64,000 nt of DNA from Candidatus Magasanikiibacteriota bacterium (GCA_030650025.1 JAUSEN010000007.1:9472-73471), one strand, 5' to 3'; shown: positions 37,318 to 46,466, numbered from the stretch's first letter. Program-made: numbers and translations. The notes: generated from the letters alone by a model not told the origin.

Positions 37318-40300
37318 ATGGAAACCATCCCTCAAAAATACGCCAGCCAGTTCCGCCGTTTTGTTTCACTGCAAATTATTGCCGGAATGATAATAAGTCT
37401 GGCCGGGCCGTTTGCTCCGGCGGTTTTGGCCGCTCCGGTTGCCAAAACCAAGCCCGCTCCGAGCGCTCTGCCGCCGTCATCCGCGAGCGCGGAACCGGTT
37501 GACTGGTCCGCCGTGGATTGGGATTCAGCAATCGTAACGATCGCCGATCAGGAAAAATTTGTATCTGCCAGGCAAGCTTTGGCCGAACAGGGAAAGGCGG
37601 CCGAGGCCAAGGCGCTCGAACCAGCGCAAACGCTCCTTAGCGACGACGCGCTGATGAAAAAGAGCGGCGTGCCCGAGGCGGCACAGATTCTGGTGCGAAA
37701 TTATCGCGAGGCAATAAAAGATTTGGGGGCTGATAAGGCGAGCGCGGCGCGCCATTCTGCGGAGCGCGAATATCTTAAGAATGCTTTACGCGTTCTTTTC
37801 CCATCCATTGCCAAACAGGATAAATTGCCGAAGGATCAGGTGATTGATTTCCGCGCGGCTCCGCGCCTCCACCCGCGCTCGGCTCAAGGAGTCAAAATAC
37901 TCAATGTCAAACCAACCGTTAAAGTTATCAATCAAACCACGGCGCCTCAATCCGCCCAAATTTTGCGCGGCGCGACAGTGCGGCAATTGCGCGCGCTTAA
38001 ACAAAAAGATTATTCTCTCCCGGCCGATACCAAACCGGTTTCTGTTCAGAACAGTGGAATTTTGCGCGCCTTCTTTGACAGCCTGTTTAGTATTCCGGCC
38101 GCGAACGCCGCCACGCCCATTATCGCCTACAGCAATGGCATAGAAAAAAAACCGCTTGATTATGCTCTGTACTATCTGGCTAACCAGCAAAATCCCGATG
38201 GCAGTTTTGGCATTGTTGATCCCTATATCAATACTATGGCGGCGCTAGAGCTGTTGGTTGATACCAATCGCACCAACAACGATCAGTACACGAGCGCGTT
38301 AAACTATTTACAGCAAACCGCGCCAGCCAATAATCGTGAAATTGCCACCCAGGCGCGCCTTTTGTTTGGCATTGGCAAAGCGCCGTCTGCCAACATCCTG
38401 CTAGACGGCTTAATGCCCAGCCAAAACAGCGACGGTGGTTTTGGCGTTTTGCCCGGCTATCAAAGCGATCTAGATTCAACTCTGGCCGCCGCCTTAGCGA
38501 TGGCGGCGGGCAATTACAGTATGAATGATAAGTTTCCCAAGACTATGGTATTTGTAGTCAATCACATTCCCGATTCTGGCGAACTGCGCTACACGGCCGA
38601 CAGCAACCCCAATTATTACCTTATCAATCAAACCGCGCAACAACTGGCGCCGTTTGCCGGGCTCACGGTTAGCGATGGACAAAACCAGGTAACCGTCCAG
38701 TCTAAAATTGACGCGCTGTTAAATTATTTGCGCTTCCAATACGACCCGGCCGAACAAAAATTGTTGGGCGCGGACGCAGCCGATAATATTATGACGCTGG
38801 AAACGTGGCGGCTTTACGGCGTAGAAAAACCTTCGGCCGCTGTTTTAGAAAAAATCGTATTAGAAAGCCAATTCGGCGATGGGTCGTTCGCTGATTCTTT
38901 CCCGATGGCCGCGCACGCCATCTACGCCCTGGCCGCGCCGGATATAATTATTACCAACGCCGCGCCCGACAATAATTTAGTTAACTATAGCGCGGCTGGT
39001 TTTTCGCTGACTATTATCAACAATGGCTACGCCACTCTAGCCACTAGCACGCTCTATTTGTTTGTGGACAATGTAGAAACCGGCCAAAATATCAACCTTC
39101 AGGATGATCAAATTACCATTTTGCCTAACCAAACTCTGCAGCTGCGCGTTACTTACCCCGACACCCCCGGCTGGATTGGCGATACTGAATTGCGCTGGTA
39201 TTTGGAAGGCGAGCGGGATTTAAATTATGACGACAATTGGTTGGTTAAAAATTTTGCGGTCGCGAGCGAGGCCAACGGCAAACCGGCTCTCCCTGGCTAT
39301 TTTTCCGTGTTTAAATATGATTATGATGGAATGCCGGCGATTATCGCCGGCATTCCGGCCAGCAAAACCGATCCTAACCGCAAGGGCTATGGACTGCTGT
39401 TTCGCCCTAAAGGATTGCCCGATTGGGAATATATGCCGTATGATCCAAAATACGTCATTATCGCTGGATTCCCCGAAGGCGCCGAGTATGAATTTACGAT
39501 CGGCGTAATAGATTTGGGCGGCGCGATTAGATATTATGACCAGCCGGTTACGGTAAAATTTTCAGCCGACAGCAGTAAATACAATGGCGCTCTGGAGGGG
39601 CGAATAACGCTGGACAATGCCGGCCACTCCGGCCTCTCATTTTTTGTGCAAGGCCAAGACACTTCACGGCCGGACGAAAACGGCGATTGGTTCAGCACCA
39701 CCAGTCCCAATGGGCGCGTGGCGGCGTGGAGTTTGGACAAAATGAATCAGGAATTGCGTTCTACCTTTGATGTCGCGCCCGGCGCCACCACTACTCCGGC
39801 GCGGATATTTACGCATCTAAAAGAAGACGCGGCCGCCCCGGTTATAGCTGGATTTGAAATTCGCTTTAAGCAGAATTTTATCGTCAAAAACCAAAAAGAA
39901 GTGGACCTGTACGCCTGGGGAAGCGATAATGTCGCGCTTAAGGAAGCGGATTTTTATTTGTGGAATCCGGCTGACAGCGCTTGGAGTTTTCTCGGCACCC
40001 AAGCGATCCCCGACAGCACAGCCTTATTTAAATGGTACGTGCCGGCGGATTTATTGGGCGAAAATTATAAAGTGAAGGCGATATTTTGGGATTACCGCGG
40101 CAACCAGTCGCTGGCCAAAGAATGGGGGCCGTTTAAAATTATTGACGGCACCGCGCCAACCTTTACCGTTACCGCGCCCGCCGCCGGCTTGCCCTGGGAG
40201 CTGGGCAAGCCGCAAACCATCGCCTGGACCACTTCTTCCACTAACCCGGTCAATTTTGTGAATATCGTTCTGCGCTACAGCCCGGTGGCGACCGAATTTC

Positions 40301-42186
40301 TTGCCGCCAACACGGCTAACTCTGGCACCATGGTTTGGACTGTGCCGACCAGTTCGTGGTATGCCGGAAAAAATGTTACGCTGGAAATCAGCGGCACTGA
40401 CAGCGGCAACTTTGAAACCGGAACGTCAGTTAGCGCGCCATTTGATATTTTAGATACCTTGGCAAATCCGCCCGCTCCTTGGGGCGCGCCCGAGGTTTGG
40501 CTGAACGACCAGGAAAATCGCAGTGTGTATTTAAGCAAATCCGAAGTGGCCATAAGTTCGGACTCGGCTGGCAGTGATCATTTAGTGTACAAGGTGACGG
40601 CCGATAATAATTTTGCCAGTCCGCGCGTAATTACCGAACAGCTTTGGTATCGTCAAAAAACTGACGGTTTTTGGTCGCAAGCGATAAAAATATATGAAAC
40701 AGTTTTGGCCACCGACAATAATTTGACGGGGTACGCGCCAATTAACAGTTTAGCGATGGCCTTGAATTCGGCCCACGTTCCGAGCTTAGTTTGGAAAAAA
40801 GGCAGTTCCGGCAGTTGTCTTGACTACAATAGCACGGAAATCTTTTTTGCGTCTTTAAATAAACAAACTGGGCAATTGGATGCTCCGCTAAACATATCCA
40901 ATAATGTCAGCGATTCCCAGGCGCCCCAGATTAGCGCCAGCCAAAGTGGATCAGTGCAGACCGCTTGGCTCGACGGCCGCGTTTGGGACGACCAGTGCTC
41001 GGTAACCGGCACGCTAACCGTCCGCTACCGAGAGTTGACTGATAATGTTTGGTCTGGAGTGGAGCAAATCGGCAACAATGTGCCCCTTTATAACCCGCGT
41101 CTGGCCACTTTAGGCTCTGTAGTGTATCTTGGCTATAACAACGATCAAAGCGTTGTCAGCCTGGCGCGCCGCGAGGCCGGCGTTTGGGGGACACCGGTAA
41201 ACCTATTGGCACCTGGCGGCAGTCTGCAGGACTTTAATTTCGCGGCCGGCATCAATAATGATCTGCATCTGGCCATGACCTTGTTTTCGTACGATCCGAA
41301 TCTCAAAAAATACTACAATCAGATTTCCTATCGGACTTTTGCCAACGGCGTCTTTGGTCCGGCTGAAGCTGTCGCTACCACCGTGCCCGGGACAAATGAC
41401 AGCCTTTATCGTCCGCTGATTGCCGTTGATCAAAATGGCGTGCCGCATGTGCTGTATGAACATTATTACAATCCGGGTGGTCGGTTTGAGCCGCGCTATA
41501 CGGCGCGTTGGCCGCTTGGTTCCTGGGCCGCGTCCCAGCCGGCGGCGCGCGCCAGCAATAATGTGAGCGGGCATCATCTGGGCTTTTCTTATCAGCCGGT
41601 TTCGCGCCAGCTGACGGCCGCCTGGCTCGATGGCTATGCCAGAGCCGACGAGGTTTTTGTAAATAATGCCGCTCCGCCATCCGCCACGGCCATAATCTAC
41701 GAAGACGCCGAAGACGGCGATACGGTGGGGTGGAAGCTTTACGCTCCCGGGTTTTCCGGCACTTATTCCATTGCTAACGTAGCCGATGATAAGGCGCACG
41801 GCCGCGCTTTGGAAGTTAAAACCAGCTATATTGAAAATGATTATTGGCTGAAGAATCCGGACGGTTCCAACTGGAATGACACTGTTTCCAAATATCTCCA
41901 ATGGGACGTTAAAACCAGTCGGGAGTTTTATGCTCTGGTTCACGTGGAAACTAATCTCGGCCCGCGGCATTTGCAGTACTCGTCAAAATATCCGAATAAA
42001 GTTTTGGGCTCTTATATTTACCTCAACCTTTCGCCGAGTCTTAAAGACGGAAGTTGGCACACCCTTACCCGCGATTTGCAGGCCGATGCCGCCTTGCTCG
42101 TGCCGGGTATTGTGATTACCAAAATTAATAGTTTCTCGGTGAGCGGTTACAGCGCGCGTTTTGATAATATTATCGGGCTTAAGTAG
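37318..42186 (+). CDS. Giant extracellular protein (about 1622 aa) with prenyltransferase/terpenoid-cyclase-like alpha/alpha-toroid repeats
   Basis: N-terminal anchor/signal (FVSLQIIAGMIISLAGPFAPAVLAA). Repeated Q-x-x-DG-S/G-FG motifs (QNPDGSFG, QNSDGGFG, QFGDGSFA). The ATG at 37318 is preferred over the TTG at 37303. Confidence 0.55.
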   Translation: METIPQKYASQFRRFVSLQIIAGMIISLAGPFAPAVLAAPVAKTKPAPSALPPSSASAEPVDWSAVDWDSAIVTIADQEKFVSARQALAEQGKAAEAKALEPAQTLLSDDALMKKSGVPEAAQILVRNYREAIKDLGADKASAARHSAEREYLKNALRVLFPSIAKQDKLPKDQVIDFRAAPRLHPRSAQGVKILNVKPTVKVINQTTAPQSAQILRGATVRQLRALKQKDYSLPADTKPVSVQNSGILRAFFDSLFSIPAANAATPIIAYSNGIEKKPLDYALYYLANQQNPDGSFGIVDPYINTMAALELLVDTNRTNNDQYTSALNYLQQTAPANNREIATQARLLFGIGKAPSANILLDGLMPSQNSDGGFGVLPGYQSDLDSTLAAALAMAAGNYSMNDKFPKTMVFVVNHIPDSGELRYTADSNPNYYLINQTAQQLAPFAGLTVSDGQNQVTVQSKIDALLNYLRFQYDPAEQKLLGADAADNIMTLETWRLYGVEKPSAAVLEKIVLESQFGDGSFADSFPMAAHAIYALAAPDIIITNAAPDNNLVNYSAAGFSLTIINNGYATLATSTLYLFVDNVETGQNINLQDDQITILPNQTLQLRVTYPDTPGWIGDTELRWYLEGERDLNYDDNWLVKNFAVASEANGKPALPGYFSVFKYDYDGMPAIIAGIPASKTDPNRKGYGLLFRPKGLPDWEYMPYDPKYVIIAGFPEGAEYEFTIGVIDLGGAIRYYDQPVTVKFSADSSKYNGALEGRITLDNAGHSGLSFFVQGQDTSRPDENGDWFSTTSPNGRVAAWSLDKMNQELRSTFDVAPGATTTPARIFTHLKEDAAAPVIAGFEIRFKQNFIVKNQKEVDLYAWGSDNVALKEADFYLWNPADSAWSFLGTQAIPDSTALFKWYVPADLLGENYKVKAIFWDYRGNQSLAKEWGPFKIIDGTAPTFTVTAPAAGLPWELGKPQTIAWTTSSTNPVNFVNIVLRYSPVATEFLAANTANSGTMVWTVPTSSWYAGKNVTLEISGTDSGNFETGTSVSAPFDILDTLANPPAPWGAPEVWLNDQENRSVYLSKSEVAISSDSAGSDHLVYKVTADNNFASPRVITEQLWYRQKTDGFWSQAIKIYETVLATDNNLTGYAPINSLAMALNSAHVPSLVWKKGSSGSCLDYNSTEIFFASLNKQTGQLDAPLNISNNVSDSQAPQISASQSGSVQTAWLDGRVWDDQCSVTGTLTVRYRELTDNVWSGVEQIGNNVPLYNPRLATLGSVVYLGYNNDQSVVSLARREAGVWGTPVNLLAPGGSLQDFNFAAGINNDLHLAMTLFSYDPNLKKYYNQISYRTFANGVFGPAEAVATTVPGTNDSLYRPLIAVDQNGVPHVLYEHYYNPGGRFEPRYTARWPLGSWAASQPAARASNNVSGHHLGFSYQPVSRQLTAAWLDGYARADEVFVNNAAPPSATAIIYEDAEDGDTVGWKLYAPGFSGTYSIANVADDKAHGRALEVKTSYIENDYWLKNPDGSNWNDTVSKYLQWDVKTSREFYALVHVETNLGPRHLQYSSKYPNKVLGSYIYLNLSPSLKDGSWHTLTRDLQADAALLVPGIVITKINSFSVSGYSARFDNIIGLK

Positions 42187-42287
42187 GCGACCGCGCGATC
42201 TTTTTGGCGGCCAACGGTCTGACCGAAATAGTTTTTGTTGCGGATTTTTTTGAATTCCTATATACTTAAGAGCGATTAAGATTAAGT

Positions 42288-42452
42288 ATGTCCGTAATTG
42301 TTGAGTCCATCCAAGCGCTTTTGCATTCCGCCGGAGTAACCGGCGATATTGAATTAGCCGCCCCGCCTAAACCCGAGCTGGGCGATTTTGCGTTTTCCTG
42401 TTTCGCGCTCGCCAAAGAGCAGGGTGAGCCTGGTTGTATAACCGCACAATAA
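42288..42452 (+). pseudogene. Possible remnant of the arginyl-tRNA synthetase N-terminal domain (54-aa ORF)
   Basis: Translates to MSVIVESIQALLHSAGVTGDIELAAPPKPELGDFAFSCFALAKEQGEPGCITAQ. The pattern M.I..+I..+L..AG...+.E+.+P..PE.GDFA.+.+.LAK..G.+P resembles the ArgRS N-terminus. It terminates after 54 aa with no continuation. Confidence 0.3.
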
Positions 42453-42593
42453 AGTAAATGTCATAAATCAAGCTTAATAAATGGCTTGGTTTTTTGTTTT
42501 AGAGTGCCTTGCGGCACAGGTTTTGTTGTGGTAAAATAGCTTAAAGATAACTCAAGATAAATAATTAGATGGTTTTAAACGTATAACTAGCTT

Positions 42594-42836
42594 ATGCGAT
42601 ATTTTATCGGTATTATTAGCGCGCTTTTGGGTGTTGGCATGATCTTAAAAACCGAGTGGATTATTCAAAATTTTGGCACGAGCTCTTGGGCCGAGGCGAA
42701 AATGGGCACCAGTGGCGGAAGCCGCATGCTTTACAAATTAATCGGTTTGGCCATTATTTTTATTGGTTTTCTTCTTGTTACCAATATGTTTCAGGGTTTT
42801 TTGATGGGAACATTGGGGCGAGTTTTAATAAGGTAA
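42594..42836 (+). CDS. Small hypothetical membrane protein with two TM helices
   Basis: Two hydrophobic helices, ORF only. Confidence 0.35.
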   Translation: MRYFIGIISALLGVGMILKTEWIIQNFGTSSWAEAKMGTSGGSRMLYKLIGLAIIFIGFLLVTNMFQGFLMGTLGRVLIR

Positions 42837-42858
42837 TTTTTTTAAGCATCTTTCTGCT

Positions 42859-43407
42859 ATGACGCACGCTGGAAAAGCATTAATTGATCCCCATCCAGTT
42901 TTTGCGGCTGTCGGGTTAGCGCCGGGGATGCGCGTCGCGGATTTAGGTTGCGGGCGCACAGGCCATTTTGTGTTTCCCGCTTCCAGAGTGGTGGGGGAGA
43001 GCGGCCTCGTGTACGCGGTTGATATTATTAAAGATATTGTGGAGAGTATCGCTGGCCGGGTCCGCACGGAAGGTTACACCAACGTCCAAACTGCCTGGGG
43101 CGACATTGAGCGCGTGGGGGTCCTCCCCATACCGACCGGCACCATTGACGTCTGCTTCATGGTTAATGTAGTATTCATGCTTAAGGATAAATTAGGAGCC
43201 TGCCAAGAAGCGAAGCGGATTCTTAAAAGTAATGGGTTTTTGGTGGTAGTGGATTGGGTAAGGCGGCTCGGGCCGCTGGGGCCCACACCAGAGCAAATGC
43301 TAAACCCGGATATTCTAGAAAAAATGTTGATCACTGAAGGTTTTAGCAAGGTTTCGCAAATAGCAGTAGGCGACTACCATCTGGCTTATATTTATAAGAA
43401 AAATTAA
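42859..43407 (+). CDS. Class I SAM-dependent methyltransferase
   Basis: Motif I VADLGCGRTGHF and motif II-like LVYAVDI. Confidence 0.65.
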   Translation: MTHAGKALIDPHPVFAAVGLAPGMRVADLGCGRTGHFVFPASRVVGESGLVYAVDIIKDIVESIAGRVRTEGYTNVQTAWGDIERVGVLPIPTGTIDVCFMVNVVFMLKDKLGACQEAKRILKSNGFLVVVDWVRRLGPLGPTPEQMLNPDILEKMLITEGFSKVSQIAVGDYHLAYIYKKN

Positions 43408-43498
43408 GCGTCGCGCTTCAATGGACGTTGCGCGGGTCGAGTTTTAAAGGACGCAACTCGACACAATTTCGTTAAATTGCATTATCTCGTCAAATCAT
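43408..43498 (+). promoter_or_regulatory. Copy of the recurrent 5' element
   Basis: GCGTCGCGCTTCAATGGACGTTGCGCGG-hairpin(GTCGAGTT-ttaaaggacgca-ACTCGAC)-ACAATTTCGTTAAATTGCATTATCTCGTCAAATCATATG. Confidence 0.5.
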
Positions 43499-43891
43499 AT
43501 GAGTTTTAAAAATTTATTGCATTGGTCATACTGGATTAATCAGCCCTGGCCAGCCGAAGGCTTGGTCTTTAAAGTGTTGGTGGTTATTTTTTTGGCTTTG
43601 GTGCTGGGCGGTTTTTTGGCTTTAATTTTTAGCCAGCGCCAGCTCCCCGCTCCGCAAAAAAAATTACTGCAACGCCTAACCAGCTATGGTGTTTATATGG
43701 GTTTGGCTGGTTTAATTTGGCTCGGGTTTAGGCAGGAGCAAGTGGCTTTGTTAGGTTCGCGTTTTTGGATGCTGATTTGGGCGGTAGTATTTGTGAGGTG
43801 GTCACAGCAGATTTTAAAATATATTATTTGGCGCTTGCCAGAGGTAAAAAAAGAGCAAGCGGCCAAAGCGGCTAAAGAGAGATATTTATAA
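43499..43891 (+). CDS. Hypothetical membrane protein
   Basis: Two or three TM helices. It is preceded by the conserved leader element. Confidence 0.45.
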   Translation: MSFKNLLHWSYWINQPWPAEGLVFKVLVVIFLALVLGGFLALIFSQRQLPAPQKKLLQRLTSYGVYMGLAGLIWLGFRQEQVALLGSRFWMLIWAVVFVRWSQQILKYIIWRLPEVKKEQAAKAAKERYL

Positions 43892-43907
43892 TTGGTTAAG
43901 TGGCCTT

Positions 43908-44276
43908 ATGGCGGCAATGTCCAAAAAAACCGCGGGCCAGTGGGGCGAGGATCAAGCTGTAGAGTTTTTGAAGCGCCACGGTTTTGTGGTGATTGATAGG
44001 AACTTTCAGACAACGCGAGGAGAAATAGACATCGTGGCCAAGAGAGGCGGCGATTTTTATTTTGTGGAGGTTAAAACGCGCGAGGCGGGGCCAATGGCCA
44101 CGGATTTGGCAGTGACGCCCGTAAAGCAAAGACGGTTTAAAAAGACAGTGGGGTCTTGGTGCGTAAAAAATAATATTAGCGACAGTTTCGGTTTGGTTTG
44201 CGCCACGTTAATGGTGGTGGTGAATAAATTAACAAAAAAGGTCAGTTTTAGGTTAGTGGCTTGGAAGAGCGTTTGA
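43908..44276 (+). CDS. YraN/UPF0102 family putative endonuclease
   Basis: GEDQAVEFLKRHGFVVIDRNFQTTRGEIDIVAKRGGDFYFVEVKTR is the UPF0102 signature. Confidence 0.65.
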   Translation: MAAMSKKTAGQWGEDQAVEFLKRHGFVVIDRNFQTTRGEIDIVAKRGGDFYFVEVKTREAGPMATDLAVTPVKQRRFKKTVGSWCVKNNISDSFGLVCATLMVVVNKLTKKVSFRLVAWKSV

Positions 44277-44388
44277 CAGCGCGGTTTTTTTTTGTTATAC
44301 TGTGACCAGTTTTAAATTTACATTAAGGAAGCGTCGAAACTAACTGTGGTTAGTTTCGACGTGAATTTCCTTGCGAAAGAAAATTCAT

Positions 44389-44967
44389 ATGAATTTTAAG
44401 AAAGAGCGAACGTATGTAATGATTAAGCCCGACGGCGTCCGAAAGGGCTTGACTGGCGAAATTATTCGCCGTTTTGAGCAACGCGATTTAAAGGTGGTGG
44501 CGCTTGAGATGTTCCAACCCACTAAAGATCAAATTGATAACCACTACCCCAAAGACGAAGCGTGGCAACGCCGGCTGGGGCAAAAAACTCTCACAACTTA
44601 TGCCAAGTATGGTATTGACGCGGTTAAGGACTTGGGGACCGACGATGATTTAGCAATCGGCAAAATGGTCCGGGGGTGGCTTTTGGATTTTATGACTTCG
44701 GCGCCACTGGTGCGTATGGTGATAGAAGGCGTGCACGCGATTGATATGGTGCGCAAGATTTGCGGCAATACACTCCCTAATCTGGCCGACATGGGCACAA
44801 TTCGAGGAGACTATAGCGCGGATTCTCCGGCCGTGGCTAATTCCGAGCACCGCGCGGTCATGAACTTAGTGCATGCTTCGGAGACTGTGCAAGAAGCGGA
44901 ACACGAAATTAAGCATTGGTTTGGCGACCGGTCGGTGATTTTTGAGTATAGCCGCTTGACGGATTAA
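44389..44967 (+). CDS. ndk: Nucleoside diphosphate kinase with an approximately 50-aa internal insertion
   Basis: ERTYVMIKPDGV N-terminus and the active-site region NLVHASET. The ATG at 44389 is in the AATTCATATG context. Confidence 0.85.
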   Translation: MNFKKERTYVMIKPDGVRKGLTGEIIRRFEQRDLKVVALEMFQPTKDQIDNHYPKDEAWQRRLGQKTLTTYAKYGIDAVKDLGTDDDLAIGKMVRGWLLDFMTSAPLVRMVIEGVHAIDMVRKICGNTLPNLADMGTIRGDYSADSPAVANSEHRAVMNLVHASETVQEAEHEIKHWFGDRSVIFEYSRLTD

Positions 44968-44977
44968 ATTGTTTTAT

Positions 44978-45005
44978 TTGACAGGTTTTTAGAGGGGAGT
45001 ATACT
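44978..45005 (+). promoter_or_regulatory. Near-consensus sigma70 promoter TTGACA-N16-TATACT
   Basis: TTGACAggtttttagaggggagTATACT lies immediately after the ndk stop. There is no CDS downstream. Confidence 0.5.
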
Positions 45006-45011
45006 ACCTAT

Positions 45012-45206
45012 AGTTTAGTGATCGGCGGCAGATACTATTCTACAAATAAATATTTTGGTTTGCCTATATTTGCTACACCCCTGGGTGTAACGTGCGGCTT
45101 ACCACCTACCCATTTGGGATAGGTTCGCCCCGAGACGCTAAACTAAAAAATCCTCACCATGCGTGGGGAATTTTTATACAAAAAAACCGGCCGCGGCCGG
45201 TTTGGG
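45012..45206 (+). ncRNA. Candidate small RNA of about 190 nt, bounded by a consensus promoter and a strong terminator
   Basis: It lies between the promoter at 44978-45005 and the hairpin AAAAAACCGGCCGCGGCCGGTTT at 45181-45203. The plus-strand TAG/TAA/TGA positions were not enumerated, so a small ORF here is not excluded. It is not recognisable as tRNA or SRP RNA. Confidence 0.25.
45179..45206. terminator. Bidirectional rho-independent-type hairpin, terminator for rpmB on the minus strand
   Basis: AAAAAA-CCGGCCGCGGCCGG-TTT. Confidence 0.7.
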
Positions 45207-45210
45207 TCGA

Positions 45211-45387
45211 TTAGGCCATTTGTTTGGCCATAGTCCGGCGGCAGGTAGAGCAAACTTTGACGCGTTCGCCTTTAATGGTCAAAAGTTGTAAATTAGGCTT
45301 TTGGCGGCGCGGCACTTTGATGTTGGAGTGGCTCACGTGGTTGGCGCGGACCGCGGATTTTCCACAATTGGTGCAGGAGCGGCTCAT
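45211..45387 (-). CDS. rpmB: 50S ribosomal protein L28
   Basis: MSRSCTNCGKSAVRANHVSHSNIKVPRRQKPNLQ...VCSTCRR. The start at 45387 is preferred over the extended ORF-track start. Confidence 0.8.
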   Translation of the reverse strand: MSRSCTNCGKSAVRANHVSHSNIKVPRRQKPNLQLLTIKGERVKVCSTCRRTMAKQMA

Positions 45388-45435
45388 AGGTTGAAATTTA
45401 ACAAATAATAGAGTATAATAAGAGAAAGTGGAAAC

Positions 45436-45464
45436 ATTATACAAGCTAGAGGTTTTTTTGTCAA
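45436..45464 (-). promoter_or_regulatory. Consensus sigma70 promoter for rpmB (TTGACA-N17-TATAAT on the minus strand)
   Basis: Minus strand reads TTGACAaaaaaacctctagcttgTATAAT, about 45 nt upstream of the rpmB ATG. Confidence 0.6.
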
Positions 45465-45490
45465 CTATTAAATATTGATTAGTAAAAAAT

Positions 45491-46093
45491 ATGGATTTTG
45501 TTTCACTGCTATTCTATTTTGTAATAATTATTCCCTCTTCTATTATTCATGAATACGCCCATGGCTGGGTGGCGGATATGCTGGGAGATCCAACCGCGCG
45601 TTATGCCGGCCGCCTCACGATTGACCCTCGCCCGCATATTGATCTGTGGGGAACTCTCCTCATGCCCTTGTTATTATTTATCGCCACGAGCGGGCGGTTT
45701 ATTTTTGCTTATGCCAAGCCCGTGCCATATAACCCTTATAATTTGAAAGATCAAAAATGGGGGCCGGTGTGGGTGGGGTTAGCGGGGCCAATGGCAAATT
45801 TTTTGTTGGCCGCGGCTTTTGCTTTAGTCTTACGCCTTATGCCTTACAACGCTATCAGTGAATTTTTGGCCATCATTGTGTATGCCAACATTATGTTGAT
45901 GGTGTTTAATTTGGTGCCGATTCCGCCGCTCGATGGCTCTAAACTCCTCTACGCGCTACTCCCAGATTCGGCTTACAAAGTGCGCCAGTTTCTTAATCAG
46001 TACGGTTTCATGATTTTGCTGTTTTTTGTTTTTTTCATGTTTGAATTAATCCGGCCCATTATTGAAGGTTTATTTAAATTGCTCGTGGGTTAA
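45491..46093 (+). CDS. Site-2 protease family (M50) membrane metalloprotease
   Basis: HExxH within a TM helix (IIHEYAHGWVADMLG), followed by multiple TM segments. Confidence 0.6.
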   Translation: MDFVSLLFYFVIIIPSSIIHEYAHGWVADMLGDPTARYAGRLTIDPRPHIDLWGTLLMPLLLFIATSGRFIFAYAKPVPYNPYNLKDQKWGPVWVGLAGPMANFLLAAAFALVLRLMPYNAISEFLAIIVYANIMLMVFNLVPIPPLDGSKLLYALLPDSAYKVRQFLNQYGFMILLFFVFFMFELIRPIIEGLFKLLVG

Positions 46094-46124
46094 GTAAATT
46101 TATAAGATTTTTTGTTTTAAATTT

Positions 46125-46466
46125 ATGAAGTTATTCATTCGGTGGCTCTTAAGCGCCGCGGCGCTGGTGCTCCTCGCGTATTATATCCCTGGCATTAGTA
46201 TCGCTAATTTTTACGCGGCGATAGTAGCCGCGCTGGTCCTCGGGTTAATCAATGCCTTGATAAAACCCATTATCGTGGTGTTGACCCTGCCGTTTAATAT
46301 TTTAACGCTGGGGCTGTTCTCGCTCTTAATCAATACGTTTTGTTTTTGGTTTGCCAGTACGGTGGTGAAAGGGTTTGGAGTGGCTGGGTTTTGGCCGGCT
46401 TTTTGGGGCGCGTTCGCGATGTGGGTGTTTAATTGGTTTGTTGGCAGTTTATTAAAAGGGAGATAG
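46125..46466 (+). CDS. DUF360 / holin-4-like small membrane protein (YvlD-like)
   Basis: Four-TM 113-aa protein with the YIPGISI..FYAAIVAALVLGLINALIKPII pattern. Confidence 0.5.
   Translation: MKLFIRWLLSAAALVLLAYYIPGISIANFYAAIVAALVLGLINALIKPIIVVLTLPFNILTLGLFSLLINTFCFWFASTVVKGFGVAGFWPAFWGAFAMWVFNWFVGSLLKGR

Noticed and set aside
36470-37369. Antisense ORFs 36470..36961(-), 36669..36977(-) and 36974..37369(-) across the Lys-rich secreted protein gene
   Set aside because: They are low-complexity translations opposite a compositionally biased gene, and have no start context or motifs.
44968-45180. tRNA, tmRNA or SRP RNA identity for the candidate sRNA downstream of ndk
   Set aside because: No acceptor/T-loop (GTTCGAATC) architecture, no SRP domain-IV GGAA/AGCAG consensus, and it is far too short for tmRNA or RNase P. 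It is left as an unclassified candidate.
46125-46466. Holin-like DUF360 gene as evidence of a prophage
   Set aside because: It is a single gene with no neighbouring lysin, terminase, capsid or integrase. DUF360 proteins are widespread chromosomal membrane proteins.
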